A stretch of 64,000 nt of DNA, taken from contig NIVC01000017.1 in the NCBI GenBank assembly GCA_002269645.1, positions 62,001 to 126,000 of the forward strand, given 5' to 3'. This document shows positions 11,800-24,990 of this stretch, one piece after another. Every line of letters starts with the position of its first letter. The first letter of the stretch is position 1. Below the pieces are notes generated by a model, which saw only the letters and a program-made list of their open reading frames with translations, was not told the origin of the DNA and made no database searches. Origin of the DNA: Macrostomum lignano. Taxonomy: Eukaryota. A program made the translations under genes and the position numbers.

Positions 11800-13380
11800 A
11801 TTTTGCATCTTGTAAGGGTTGAAGTCTACCGATCACAATGCTGCTATAGCCTCTTTTCATCATCTGAAGCTCTGCAGTCTTCTGTCAAAGATGACACTAA
11901 TAGCCAGAAAACTTCATTCCATCCAGAAGACTCCTGCTTGCTAGGTTGCTGCCTTGTTGAAGAGAGTTCGAGAGTACTTGCCAACCGAAACAGACGTTGT
12001 CTTGCGTCTGCTCCGGCTCCGGATTGTTTCTACCGCCGCTTTGTTTGCGTTCACTGCCATTTTTGGTCGGGTTGTCCACGAAAAAACAATGTGCGGCTAG
12101 AGACAGTACCTGTTGTACCTTGCGTGTTGCACCCTTGTCTATTTATAATGTACATCAAACTAATGTACATCCACAATAATTAGGTGCACGTTGCTCTCTG
12201 AGCAAACCCTTAGATCTCAAATTTATAAATCGCATTCAATGCCCAAATATGGGCTAACTTTTTATTTAGCAAATTTTACTGGCCTCGCGTCGGCCAATAT
12301 TGGGCAAACCTTTTGTGGAAGACTTGCTTTGCAGAAGGCGATGTGAGTTCACTCTTCTGTATGAAGAACAGGCTTCCAGAGCAGGCCCATCTTGCCAGAT
12401 CTCATCAAAGGTTCAATAGAATTCTATCGATGCTTATTGAGGGCAACTTCCAATGACAGCACTGAAGTCGACTGTGAAGAGTAGAACCTAACTGACAAGC
12501 TATCAATTTTCATCATTTAAATGAAACCGTAAAAAATAGCAATATATTTTTACACAGCTCTCTTTCTTCATTTATACCAAGTCTCTGCAACTAAGTGTGG
12601 TGTCTACACTTTTTATTACGATGTGGGCATGGATTTACCAAGTGATCTGTGGCAGAGCAACGGTAGAACTTGCGAGTAGATGTAGGCTTTTCCTTCCCTG
12701 AATTGGTGGGTCTCAGTATTGGTGGGTCGCTTCGAGCTTCCACTCTGTTCACTGCTGAAGCCGATCCTTGGATGCTGCGAGCGTTGTTGTACGCATTTTC
12801 AATGACCCGGGCCTCAACTGCGACTTTGAATGTCGATTCGTCTTTTAGAGTTAGAGAGTCAATAGCTTGTTCAACATATGCTCGTATCTGAGATCGAAGC
12901 CAGAAGCATCGCAAAGAGCTTGATCGAGGAATGTGGCACTGAGACTTCGAAGACTTACCAAAAAGTCCGCTATTGTCTCACCATCCTGCTTCCGTTGGGC
13001 GAATGGAAATCGTTGAGCAATAGAGCTCAGTTCCAGGGTAAACTGGTGCCGGAGTGCAGTCAGTAGCTCCTTGTATGACTTCTGGTGCAATTGCGTTCCT
13101 CAGAATTGAGTAAGCCTCTTCTCCGATCCAGGTCAGCAGGTTGGCCTTTTTCTCAGCTTCAGTGACTTTCTTGGCCAGAAGAAAATACTACATACGCTAC
13201 TCGTACTCCTAGTTACAAGGGTTGCTGTAGATTACCTGCAGATAACCGGCCTTGTCGCCATTTTTTTGTTCGTGTCGTATTTTGTGTCAGAGCACGTTTA
13301 CTAAAAAGCAAACACAGGCTCGAAGCCTAATTAGAACAAGTTTTAAAATGAATCTTCAGCAGTCCGCTACTTTGCGGATA
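11800..13380 (-). mobile_element. Degenerate Ty3/Gypsy LTR-retrotransposon remnant (gag recognisable, pol largely lost)
   Basis: The minus strand reads N*EYE*RM*YFLLAKKVTEAEKKANLLTWIGEEAYSILRNAIAP, then KSYKELLTALRHQF..SIAQRFPFAQRKQDGETIADFLVSLRSLS and a degenerate knuckle FYRCSATDHLVNPCPH. It carries stops and frameshifts, and a PBS-like TGGCGAC lies at ~13255-13261. The left boundary is uncertain. Confidence 0.7.
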
Positions 13381-15524
13381 CTCTAGCTCTCACTCTGTCA
13401 CTTTTTATTTAGTGTCTTCTGAGCTCTTTTGATTGAGAAGAGCTGAACTCGTAGCTTCTCTGTATCCTTATTTTGAATATTAAAGTTCATTTGAAGGTGC
13501 AGATGAACGTGTACGATTGTTCCTTTCTCAATGAGTTATTCATCCATATACTAAAAATGGTTTATCGGTAGGTAGGTATCTTGAAAGAGTATACATCGTT
13601 GGTTGATCTGGCTTGGCTATATCTTTACCTCAGGATTGTCTGCTTCCTGCATTTAGGTCGAAGTCCGTGTCTAGTTACAAACGTGTTTTATACATCTCTT
13701 CCGTCCGTCTTGGTGCTGATTTTTGCAATGTGCTTCAAAAATAGAAGTAATGAAAAAAACAATAATTTCTACCTCAGTTGCTTGTTATAAAGGTTTGAAT
13801 TGATACCTGTCTTGACTGATCTAGGAAATTCCGTCAATACAATGGCTACTAGAAGCTTATACAGTATAAGATCCATCTTAGCTCTTAATACAAAGTGAAT
13901 TTACGAAATTACGAGAATAAATTGTCTTGGAAATATTTTCGCTCTTTGGCAGAGCACGCACTAGTGATTGAATGGGACAAACTTTTGGAGTCGGGATCTC
14001 GGAACAAGTCCGGACAGGATTTGGTCATGGTCATCATCAGTACATCCATAGTTAAGGACTACTAATACATATTACAGACACCATGAACCATGAGCTCTCA
14101 TTGAATGATTCCTGCACGGTCAAGAGTGAACGTAAAGGAATCCCAACGTCGGATGAGTCATCGTGCAGGAATGCATTTCTGCGCCTAATGCTTTTTCAGT
14201 GAGATTTTGCCATAGACATCCATTCATGCGCGCAAAAGCGTACAAGATATCATTCCTGAACGGAGAATCGGCCGACAATGACTTAGATTATTTATCTTTT
14301 CCTTCCATGTCGGAAAACTTAAAAAATACCTTTTAAACTACCTTAAGATTATTGCAAGAAACTTAACTGGAAACTATCTTCAAGAAGACTTTGTGAATTT
14401 GGGACAGGAGCCCGCCCGAGCACTGTTGCAGCGTAAGCGTGCGCCTCGGAATTCAATCTCTTCTAGAGAGGTTAATGACCTGTTGGCTTTCGATACAGAC
14501 TACGATGTTTGTAAATCCATTGAGATTTTTACCAACCCAAAAAGGACCATTTTGAATTAGGGAGATAAATCATTAATAAGCTTCTACATGTAATAATTAA
14601 ATCAGTGTCTTTAAAAAATCAAAACTGTTTTAGTAAAACTCGCGCTAAATAATAACAGTAGCTAGAATCATTGGAGTGTCTAGAAGAAAAAACAGAAAGA
14701 CGAATAAATTGAAATGTTATAATATAGGAGTAATTATATTTTCACAAACGTTTGATATTTTTTACTAATTTATTATTAAGTTCGCTTTGCTAGCAAATCT
14801 CTTTAAAAACTCGTGTGGTTTCTGGCTTAAATCTGCCTGGTTTTCTCCTCTTCCAAATTTATCTGTTATTATTACGACACCATGCATATGCTATGCTAAA
14901 GCATTTTCATGTTTCAACAAAGAATTTCGCTCCGGATATTTTTCTTCCCATCTTTATGACTTATTTTTTATGAATTCTTGTGCAATTTGGTGCTAAAAAT
15001 TTTTTTGACTTTGCTTTTTACTTGTCAAGGTTTTGTGTGGCTAAGTGTTTTGAGTATGATATTTAGCTCTCTGTCAGATTGTGAGCCATGGGCTGCCAAA
15101 GCAGAATGACGCTGAACTCGCAAATCCTGAAAATTTCGCTTGAGACCGGTTTTTGACAATACGATAAATTGACAATACGAGCGTATCTCACCTTCTGGAA
15201 TTACAAAAAACCGTACTAGAAAATTACTTAAAAGTGCAATAGAAACATCTGAAGTTTTGTTGTAACCTCGCTGGCTTGTCGGTATCCGGTAGCATTTCAT
15301 GAAAAATAGCTTGGGAAACTCGCGAGTGCAGCAGAAACCGGCTTTTAGCGAACTTTTTTTCAAGTTCGGCGTTCTTCTATTTTGGTTGTCCATGCTTTGA
15401 GCATGTAATAATTATACTTTGAATTTTGTATTCTGGAATTATTTGCTTTGTTCTTTCTTTGTATTCGTTATTTTCAGATGTAGCGCCATTTAGGTCATCT
15501 CATTATGGTCTTCAGGATACCCTA

Positions 15525-15990
15525 AATATCAGCTAGATGTAGACTAGTTATCAGCTAGATGTAGACTAGTTATATCAGCTAGATGTGGACTGGATATTAG
15601 ATGCAAACTAAATATCAGGTAGATGTAGTCTAGATACCAGCTAGATACGCTCGTCCGTTGGATGTAAATTAGAAAACTAGATATCAGCTAGATGTCAACT
15701 AGATATTAGCTAGATGTCAACTAGATATCAGCTAGATGTCAACTAGACATTAGCTAGATGTCAACTAGATATCAGCTAGATGTCAACTAGATATTAGCTA
15801 GATGTCAACTAGATATCAGCTAGATGTCAACTAGATATCAGCTAGATGTCAACTAGATATCAGCTAGATATTAGCTAGATGTCAACTAGATATCAGCTAG
15901 ATATAAAATTGGTACAGACTAGATACCCGCTAGATGCAAATTACATATACGACCGGTAGATGCAAGTTAGATGCAAACTAGATATCAGCT
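15525..15990. repeat. 22-bp minisatellite AGCTAGATGTCAACTAGATATC (a dimer of 11-mers)
   Basis: Period 22 (GATGTCAA at 15691 and 15713) with degenerate flanks. Confidence 0.93.
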
Positions 15991-16174
15991 AGTAAAATAA
16001 GGTAATGGTTGTTTAAAGTTAAAAAATCCACCTCATGCCTCCCGAGACCGGATCGACAGAAAGGGCAGCATTGAAAGTCTAAGAATGTACTTTTAAAGAA
16101 TAAGCTAAAAGAGTCGTCAATTGCAAAGAAAAGGTAAGTAAAAATATTTTGGATAATCGCCTGCTGGTAGCGAA

Positions 16175-18079
16175 ATGAATACGCTGGCTTCGAGTCATGA
16201 TGACAGCTGCAGCCAGCTCCGCTGCCAGTCTCGGGAGCTGCTTCGTGACCTGCTGCCCCTGCTGGCAGTGGGCTGGTCCCAGTCTACACACGCCGTCCGA
16301 CCCGAAACTCGAGCCGCCCTGTGCGACGCCGTCAGTCTCAGTTTGAAGAAACTGCGCGCCTCTGCGCCAACTCCGGCGCACTGCAGGCGCCTGGTTGTGT
16401 CCGTTCTGGTGCACTGCTTTGTCGAGGTTTGTTCAACGGGATGGAAATGCCTGGGATATTTTAATAAGTTATGTTGCTATCTACTGAGGGTCTCACTGGT
16501 ATCGTCTGGGGATTTCTGTTGTTATTGATTCTAGTGGATTTTTAGTGGATGAGATGCAGATTGTTAGTTGATGAGATGGAGATTGTTAGTAGATGAGAGG
16601 GAGATTGTTAGTAGATGAGAGGGAGATTGTTAGTAGATGAGAGGGAGATTGTTAGTAGATGAGAGGGAGATTGTTAGTAGATGAGAGGGAGATTGTTAGT
16701 AGATGAGATGGAGATTCATAGGGGGATAGGAGGGAGATTCTTAGGGGGACAAGAGGGAGATTCTTAGGGGACAAGAGGGAGATTCTTAGGAGGACAAGAG
16801 GGAGATTCTTAGGGGGATAAGAGGGAGATTCTTAGGGAATGAGGATAATCTCAACCTTCTCAAAGAGATTCTTCCTGTCAACTGTTTAAGAACCGTTTAT
16901 ATCTACTCAATTGCCTTCGGAAATCAGTAGGAATCGCTTGAGCATAGTCAATACAGAACATGGACAATTAATAGTTTTAATTCAACTGCAGGTAGCCCTG
17001 GTGCCCCAGCTACAGTTCTGTTGTGACGACAACGTCGCCAATCCGTCTCTACCAAGCGCCGACACAGTTCGCGCCGCCTGGCGTCGCTGGAGCGACCTTT
17101 CAGTCGACGTGCTGACCCTGACGTCGTCGCCGCTGCATCCTCCAGTTACTCACCGACTGCTGGAGTCCGTCATCGAAGTGGAACTGGATCGAATCCTGGC
17201 CCGGCTGCGCGATAAACTGCCCTGCAGACGGCCTGCCGCGGCTCCCGCGCCAGTGAGCGACGAGACCGCCTCTAAGCGCAAAGCAAAGCGCCGCGAACTA
17301 GAAGATCCCGACGATGTTCGGGGCGTCGGAAACGTTTGAAATTATTTGGCGGAGCCTCCTTTGTTGGCGGTGGCGGGGCTGGGCCAACCATGTCGGCTTC
17401 GTTCATTTCGACCACCAATGTTGCGGCCGCCGCGGACGTATCGACCGGCTCAGTGGCTCAGCAGCAGCCGAGGCGGCAAATCCGCTTTGATCTTCGCTCC
17501 GCTGCTACTGCTGCTGCTGAGCAGTGCAACGAGGAGCAGAATAATGAGCAGCACCGCCTCAGCCAGACGCCTCAACCGTCTCCGTCTGACGCTTCAACAT
17601 CTACACCTGTTCGTCGACTGCAGACGCCGGCTCCTCGGCCGCCATCGTTGACTTTGGAGCTTCAACCGGCGGTGCTGCTGACGCCGCCGCACCGACTGTC
17701 CGACGTGTTTCACCGATCAACTCGGACCCGATGTAAGACTAGCAAGCTGATGCCGCCGCCGCCGCCGCCGCCGCCTCCGACAAGCACGTCGAGATCAAAC
17801 GTCGGCGGGTTCCGCAAGCTGACGGGCCTGCTGTCCAAGCTTGGTTTCAGCGTTATCGGCAGCCGGGGCGCCTACTCGATGGCTCCGACTACTAAATCTG
17901 CGACAGCTACCGCGAATGCGACAAAGTCGGCCACAGCGGCGTCCGCGGCTGCTGGTGCCTCTTCGGCTGGATTGTCGCGAGCGTCTGAAGTGGCCTGTCA
18001 GCCTTTGTCCTATGCGCGTCTGCCTGGCTTGGTTATGGAGCCCTACCCGCTCACTGGCAAGCGCTGCTCTGAGATTTGA
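16175..18079 (+). CDS. Uncharacterised protein. Exon 16175-16426 splices to the exon starting 16992. The frame ends at 17339, and an overlapping low-complexity ORF continues to 18079.
   Basis: Donor GAG|GTTTGT at 16427 and acceptor TGCAG at 16987-16991, phase 0 (HCFVE|VALVPQ). There is a possible upstream 5'UTR intron GTAAGT ~16134-16170. The relation between the two 3' frames is unresolved. Confidence 0.6.
16550..16845. repeat. Two related 22-bp intronic minisatellites (GAGGGAGATTGTTAGTAGATGA, then GAGGGAGATTCTTAGGGGACAA)
   Basis: Period 22 (16581, 16603). The unit switches at ~16720. Confidence 0.9.
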
Positions 18080-18134
18080 TTTATGAATTCAGACTGGTTG
18101 GCTTGTGTGCAGCAATGACTTGGGATTAATGGGT

Positions 18135-18640
18135 TATTTGAAAATGGGATCTATGGATTGTTGAAAATGGGATTTATTGATTGTTGAAAATGGGATCTAT
18201 GGATTGTTTAAAATGGGATTTATGGATTACTGAAAGTGGGATCTATGGATTGTTTAAAATGGGATTTATGGATTACTGGAAGTGGGATTTATTGATTGTT
18301 GAAAATGGGATTTATGGATTACTGAAAATGGGATTTATGGATTGTTGATAAGGGGATTTATTGATTGTTTAAAATGGGATTTATTGATTGTTTAAAATGG
18401 GATTTATTGATTGTTTAAAATGGGATTTATTGATTGTTTAAAATGGGATCTATGGATTGTTGAAAATGGGATTTATGGATTATTGAAAATGGGATTTATG
18501 GATTGTTTAAAATGGGATTTATGGATTACTGAAAATGGGATTTATGGATTGTTGATAAGGAGATTTATGGATTATTGAAAATGGCATTTATGGATTATTG
18601 AAAATGGGATTTATGGATTGTTGAAAATGGGATTTTGCAG
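18135..18640. repeat. 23-bp minisatellite AAAATGGGATTTATTGATTGTTT
   Basis: Tandem period 23. Confidence 0.93.
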
Positions 18641-19504
18641 GATTTGTGGTTATTAAACTTTCAGATTTAGGCAGATTAAATTAATAACAGGTTAGAAAAG
18701 TATGCGTTAGGGAAATAGTCTATCCCTTACGTACTGCTAATTATTCTTATAATAATTGCTATATTTTTATAACGCAAACAAGTTGAGCATTTTTATAGGG
18801 GCATTTTTACGTGCATCTTTACGCACATTGTAACAGTTTTATTTTACTTTATTAATTGTAATAAAACATATTCTATTCGCGAAATAAGCGTTCAATTCTG
18901 TGTTCGATTGTTCACAATATCCCAAAAATTGAAGTGTATATTAGCCAATTACCGGTAATTATACGCTTTGCACTGTAAATGGTTGCGCTTATCAGTAAGT
19001 GTTTATCTGATTCTATTTATACACAATCGATCCGTTTTTTAAAATTGACAAGCCTCTTTTTTTAAATACATGTTTATGCTTTATATATATAACATTTCAT
19101 TTGATTCGTATTAATTCAAGTCGGCGACTGAAAGTAGTATGCTGCGTTTATTTTACCTATTTTATTTAACTATATTCCTGTATTATGCTGCACTGTATTA
19201 ATTGTTCTCAGCTATTTTTTTACTATCGAACCGCATGAGTTTTCTATCAAGCAATTATTAATATGCGCTAAAGCTTCTCCATGTATTTTTGTTAACGTTC
19301 CGCTGTACTTCTTTTATCTATCATATATTTTGCTAATAAAAATCCATTCTCCGCTGCAATAATGGTCATTGATCGTTTCTATTTTATTACTTTTTATACT
19401 GCAACGGTACCTGGAAAATAACGGCTTATAAAATGTTGCTCTTTGTAATTTGCTTCTTACTGTTTTGTTAACCAGCTGTATAGATGTTTAGCTTTGCGGC
19501 CGAT

Positions 19505-19895
19505 CAGTGAGGCAACCCACATGAGGCAACCCACGTAAAACAACCTAGTGAGGAAACCAGAACCAGTGAGGCAACCTAATGAGGCAACCAGAACCAGTGA
19601 GGCAACCTAGTGAGGTAACCAGAACCAGTGAGGCAACCAGAACCAGTGAGGCAACCAGAACCAGTGAGGCAACCTAGTGAAGCAACCAGAGCCAGTAAGG
19701 CAACCTAGTGAGGCAACCAGAGCCAGTAAGGCAACCTAGTCAGGCAACCAGAACCAGTGAGGCAACCTAGTGAGGCAACCAGAACCAGTCAGGCAACCTC
19801 GTGGGGTAACCAGAACCAGTCAGGCAACCTAGTGAGACAACCAGAACCAGTGAGGCAACCAGAGCCAGTGAGGCAACCTAATTGAGGCAACCCAG
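19505..19895. repeat. Composite minisatellite built from GAGGCAACC plus AGAACCAGT/TAGT modules
   Basis: Repeated GAGGCAACC with alternating spacers. Confidence 0.9.
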
Positions 19896-20020
19896 TGAAT
19901 TTTTGTACTATTACTTGATGCATGTTTATTGCCTTAAGCGAGCCGATATGTATCGTAGTAAATTAAACTCCTATTTACGTTATGAATTTCTGCAATCTCC
20001 CAGCTAGATAAGAGACAGCC

Positions 20021-23000
20021 ATGTCCGAACCAACAGACGAAAGCATGACTGGCGCAGAAGCCGCCAGCACCAAGCCGGACGAGACGACATCGGCCACTGC
20101 CGCGGCCGCCACTGCCACCGCCGGCCAGAAGCGCAAGGCCGACTTAAACAAAGACTCCGATGGGGAAACCAAGACTCAGGCTAGTCAAAACGGAGACAGC
20201 GCGACGCCGGCTAAACGCATGAAACTGTTGTTGACATCCTCGTCGCCCAGGCCGCCAACTGACCGGGCCTTCTTGGAGCTCCTTGAACCGTCGGACGCCG
20301 ACTCTGAGCAGCTGGCCGGCCTGAAGGCCCGCCTGTCCGATTTCAGCGCCGACGCTGTCCGACTCATCGCCCGACCGGACGCTTTTGTCCGATTCTTGGC
20401 AGCCGGATCCGACCGTTTGGAATGCTGCCTGGCCGACTGTCTGGCCGAAGAGAGCGACGCTGCATCCGCAGTCGCCGAAGCCGCCGTCGACCTGCTGTCC
20501 GCCTGCTTCAGCCGCCTGCTCCGCCTTTACGTGCGCCACCTGCCGGTGCAGCGGCTCGACGCTGCCAATCCGCGCATGCCGTCGCTTCGTCAGGTTGGCG
20601 ACGCCCTCGCCGAAGTTAACCGGCTGGCCAGCGGCTTCGGCTTCCAGCTGGCCGAGTCCGCCGCCCAGCTGGCCGGCAACCTGGCCAGCCTGGCGGAGCA
20701 GCTGCCCCCTCAGCAGCTGTTCTCAAGCATCTGCCAGACCGCCGATTGGTCCAGCGAAGCCGGCCTGTCCCAGCCGATGCTGTCTCAGCTAGTCCGACTA
20801 ACCGAGCAGAAGCTCGAACTTCCGACTGTACAACTGCCGTTCAACGTTGTAGCCGTCGTTCGCGACGCTATCGCTGCTTGTCTGCTCACCGATTTGGACA
20901 CCGACGCTGGCAAAGCCGACGCCGAGGGCAAAGACGATGTCGGCGACAATAACGAATCGGTATGGCGCCTCGATCAAGCTATCGATCGGATCCGATCGGC
21001 TCTGGATAATTTGCCTCGGGAGCTGGCCAAACAGAGGGCGGCAGCCGTGGCTGCTGCGGCCGCTGCCGCTCCAGCCGAGACTGAGAAATCGTCAATGGCG
21101 GAGGGCGAGGCCGAGGCTGACAATTCGGCTGCCGACAATGCCGAGACGGAAGCGGTCAAGCCCGACCCGGAAGCGGAAGCCTCTGCCAAGGCGGCCGCCG
21201 AAGCGGAGGCCGCCGCCAAAGCCGCCGCCATCGCCTACGCGCGGCCCGCCCTGGCCGCCGCCCTTATCGAATGCCTCGTCATCCTGCACCTGACCCCGCA
21301 TCCGCGTCGCCAGATCGCCTCGGCCGCTAGTATTCGTCGACGTCTAGACGACGCCCGAGCCTTGGCCGAGGCCTTCAACTCGGCAGAGCAGCTTCGCCCG
21401 GCTCTGGACGCCATCGCCGAGTGCCTGCTTGAGCCGCTGACTCCTCAGCCAAAGCCCGATCCTCTGGCCCGTTGGCTGCTAAACGACCCGGACGACAGTC
21501 TGCCGCTGCCGCCAGACGACCAGCTGCCTAAAGTTGATAGCGAGGAGCTGCTGAAGTATCGCGGCCAGCCGCCCGTGGCCTGGGCTCGCCACGGCCGCGC
21601 CGCTATCAGCCGGCTTGTCGCTGAACTAGTTTCGTCGTCAGCTAACGCTGATGCCGCCAGTGCGTCGAAACTTCGACGTCAAATCGACGACATGCTAGCT
21701 CGATGCCGCGGCACCGTCGAATGGCCGCTCGGCGTTGCCTGCGTCAATTCTGCCGTCGAGCTCGGCGTTCTCGGTGGCGCCGGCTGCAGCGGCGGCAACG
21801 TGTCGCCAACAAAGACTCGAAGACGAGGCGCCGCTGCCAAGAGCGCCGCTGCCGCTGCAGGCGCCAGCAGCTGGCCATCGGAATCGGCACTCCGACAGCA
21901 GCTGCTGACTGCCGGCAGTGGCTCGTCCGGCCTCCTTGACGAAGCCAATCTGCGCCGTGTCTGCCTGGCCGCAGTGTCCGGGCAAAAGCCAAGCCCGCCA
22001 GCCTACACTGTCCGACTGGATGCCGAGATCGTCGCCGACGCCACTCCGCCGGAAGCTTCGTTGACGTCGGCCGCTTTTGCCGACCGTCGAATTGACTGGC
22101 GCCTTGGCCAGCGCTACAGCCTGCTGGAGTTCAGCGTCCACCGGCCGCCGCCGCCGCCTCCGCCGCCGCCAACTTTGCCAATTTCGTCAACAAAAAGTTC
22201 GACGGCGGAGGACCTGCCGAAGTCGAAACCGGCGGCCGGAGACGGCAACAACGGCAAAGCTCGTCGCAATGCGGATTCGCTAAACCCGGACGAGGCCTCG
22301 CTGATCGGCGCCCTGGACATGTGGGCCAGCCGCTTTGCATTTAACGGCTGGAACGCCTTCTCCGCCAACCTGCTGTCCCAAGCCGTTGTTGAATTCCTTA
22401 CAGACAGTCGGGACAGCGCCAATAATAGCGCCGACGAGTCCGGCAGCGTGACGGTGCTGAGGACCGGCTTGAACCAGTTCTGGTCAGGCGTCATTGAGCG
22501 CATTGTCAGCGATAGACGGTCTAAGCTGAGCGTGCCGTATCTGCGCTCTGTGTTCACCGCGCTGGAGCAGCTGCGCACCGTGGCCTCGGAGATCGCGCTG
22601 GAGCCCAGCCTGGAGACCAGCCTGAAGAACATCGCCCTGGTGACGAGCTGGACCGAAGCCAGCTTCGATAAGCACTGCCGTCGTGTTGGAATCTTCCGCG
22701 ATTTTAAGCGCGATTATTTGACCGCTCTGCTGCGCTGCCACAGGGAGCCGCTGGAGCTGCGGCCGAGTCACGTGGCCGCGGTGAGAACTTTGAGATGACG
22801 CAATCGATGTAGGACTGGAGGAGCAGCGGCGGTTAATAGGATTAGCACTAAAACCCGTCGATATACAACGGTGAAAGTTAAAGATTAGAACTTAACTGAT
22901 AGCATTTCAATATTAACAGTAGGAATACCAAGCCATTTTTCCGCCCGTCGAACTACAAAGGGGATGAGAATGCTTAAAAGACTACGAGTTGAGGATGTCC

Positions 23001-23682
23001 AGCAGTTGAGATTTGCCCACTGTGGAGGCTTGATTAGCGGAACTAGACTAATTCGCAGCAAGGTGGCTGGTGCCACCTGTTGAAGGTCCAGAAGCTCCGT
23101 CTGGGTGACATTTTGTCGTTTTAGAATCGTCTGGAGTCACTTCTTTTCTGTTTTACCTGTGTTACCTGTAACGACTGTGAAACGATTCTGGGGCGATGCA
23201 AGCAAGCTTCTGGGGTGCCGTTTTTGTCGGGTCTACTCAGTAGTAGGTGATCTCTTCTTATTCACTGGAATGCATTTTCAAGCCAGCATCTCCCCAACCC
23301 TCGCTGCCTCCAGATCACGGAGAAACACGTGGCCGCCTATCACAGCATCCGTCGCCTGCTAGACGCTCTGTTCCACTGCCGCGATTGGTTCGCCTTCGTG
23401 TCCAGCGGCGGCGGCGGCTACGAAGCCCTGGTCAGGCGGGCACCGCGCGATGCCCTGAGCTGTCAGCTGGTGTGCACGGCCCTAATGGAGGCGCTGTTCT
23501 GGTACCGGCTCCGCCTGCACCTTGGCCAGCCGGGCGAGCTGTACAGATTTAGCCAGGCCGAGGCCGGGCTCAGGGCTGACGGACTGCGCAGGTTTGCTAA
23601 GGCTATCGGTTGTAAAGTTCTGATGCGCGGCGACTGGCTGGAGCCGGTCATTGTGGAACTGCTTACCGACTGTTCGGAGTGA
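20021..23682 (+). CDS. ~1042-aa uncharacterised Ala-rich helical protein with an N-terminal NLS-like KRK..PAKRMK. Exons 20021-22780 and 23314-23682.
   Basis: The 925-codon ORF has a strong donor GCG|GTGAGA at 22781. Acceptor CTCCAG ends at 23313 and the phase-0 join reads SHVAA|ITEKHVAAYHSIRRLL, ending ELLTDCSE*. No family recognised. Confidence 0.7.
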
Positions 23683-23799
23683 CTGGGAGGCTGTTGCGTA
23701 TGCACCTGACTGCCTCAGCTCGTGTTTTACTCTGCTATCTATCATATTTGATGCATGACTGATTGAGTGGAGGGTAGCAATGTGTTTTTCCCTCGTGTC

Positions 23800-24150
23800 T
23801 ACCTTATCTGTCTCACATCTACCTTATCTGTCTCATGCCTACCTTATCTGTCTCACATCTACCTTATCTGTCTCATGTCTACCTTATCTGTCTCACATCT
23901 ACCTTATCTGTCTCATGCCTACCTTATCTGTCTCATGCCTACCTTATCTGTCTCATGTCTACCTTATCTGTCTCACATCTACCTACCTTATCTGTCTCAT
24001 GTCTACCTTATCTGTCTCACATCTACCTTATCTGTCTCATGTCTACCTTATCTGTCTCACATCTACCTTATCTGTCTCATGTCTACCTTATCTGTGTCAT
24101 GTCTACCTTATCTGTCTCACATCTACCTTATCTGTCTCAAGTCTACTTTA
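23800..24150. repeat. 20-bp minisatellite ACCTTATCTGTCTCACATCT
   Basis: Period 20 (23801, 23821). Confidence 0.95.
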
Positions 24151-24990
24151 TCTCCTCTCCTCCCTTATCTCCCACTCATTTGTGGAATGAAGGTATATGA
24201 AAACTGTACCTGTTAAAATTTGCCAGTGAAGCAAAGCAGCAACAGGTAATTAAGCTATAATCTAGTATTGTACTCATGGTGTATCTCGGTGAGCGTTAAA
24301 ATTAGCTAAATTCCATTGTCATATTATTCTTTGGACTGCTCTTACTACTCGCACTTTAGTAGTAAAATAATTAATATAATAGACGAGTAGAATTTCTTTT
24401 AATAGTATCTTTATGCATATAAGCTACTGCCTACTATTCTTATTTACCAAATATTGAATCTGGCCATATAGTGTAGTAGGCCTTCTATAATCCTGCTTGT
24501 TTAGCGTGCTGCGATGCAAAATAGCTTACAATATTTTTCGTCTCCTACTAGTAGTAGTTTTCTATAGTTTGCAATCTGTTGACCGACTGTTTTGTGAAGG
24601 CGCGTCAATCAATCGGCATGTTCTTTTATTTATTAAATGCAAATTTAACAAACATCTTTGGCAAAATTTGTGCACTCTTCAGCTGTCTTCAGTTTTTTAT
24701 TTTTTAAACGGCTTTTTATTTATAAAGCTTAGTACGTTAGGCCCTAATCAGATGACGATGTATTCTAAAATACAAATTCAGGTATAGTTACTCGCGCCGT
24801 TTACCCCGTCTGTTTTAGTTAACCTTTTCATTAATTTATTTGCAGATTAAAATGTGACTCGACATTTAAAGATAAGGTTGTTGTTAACGATCGATTCTTA
24901 TTACTAAACGATTTGCATATGAGTAGGAAGATAAGCTTTTTGTAGTTTTTTATTAGTTAAACGACTGCAACATCTGGCTATTGGTTGAAG

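Noticed and set aside
22950-23090. RTE-like retroelement relic (QQLRFAHC)
   Set aside because: The resemblance is too short to support.
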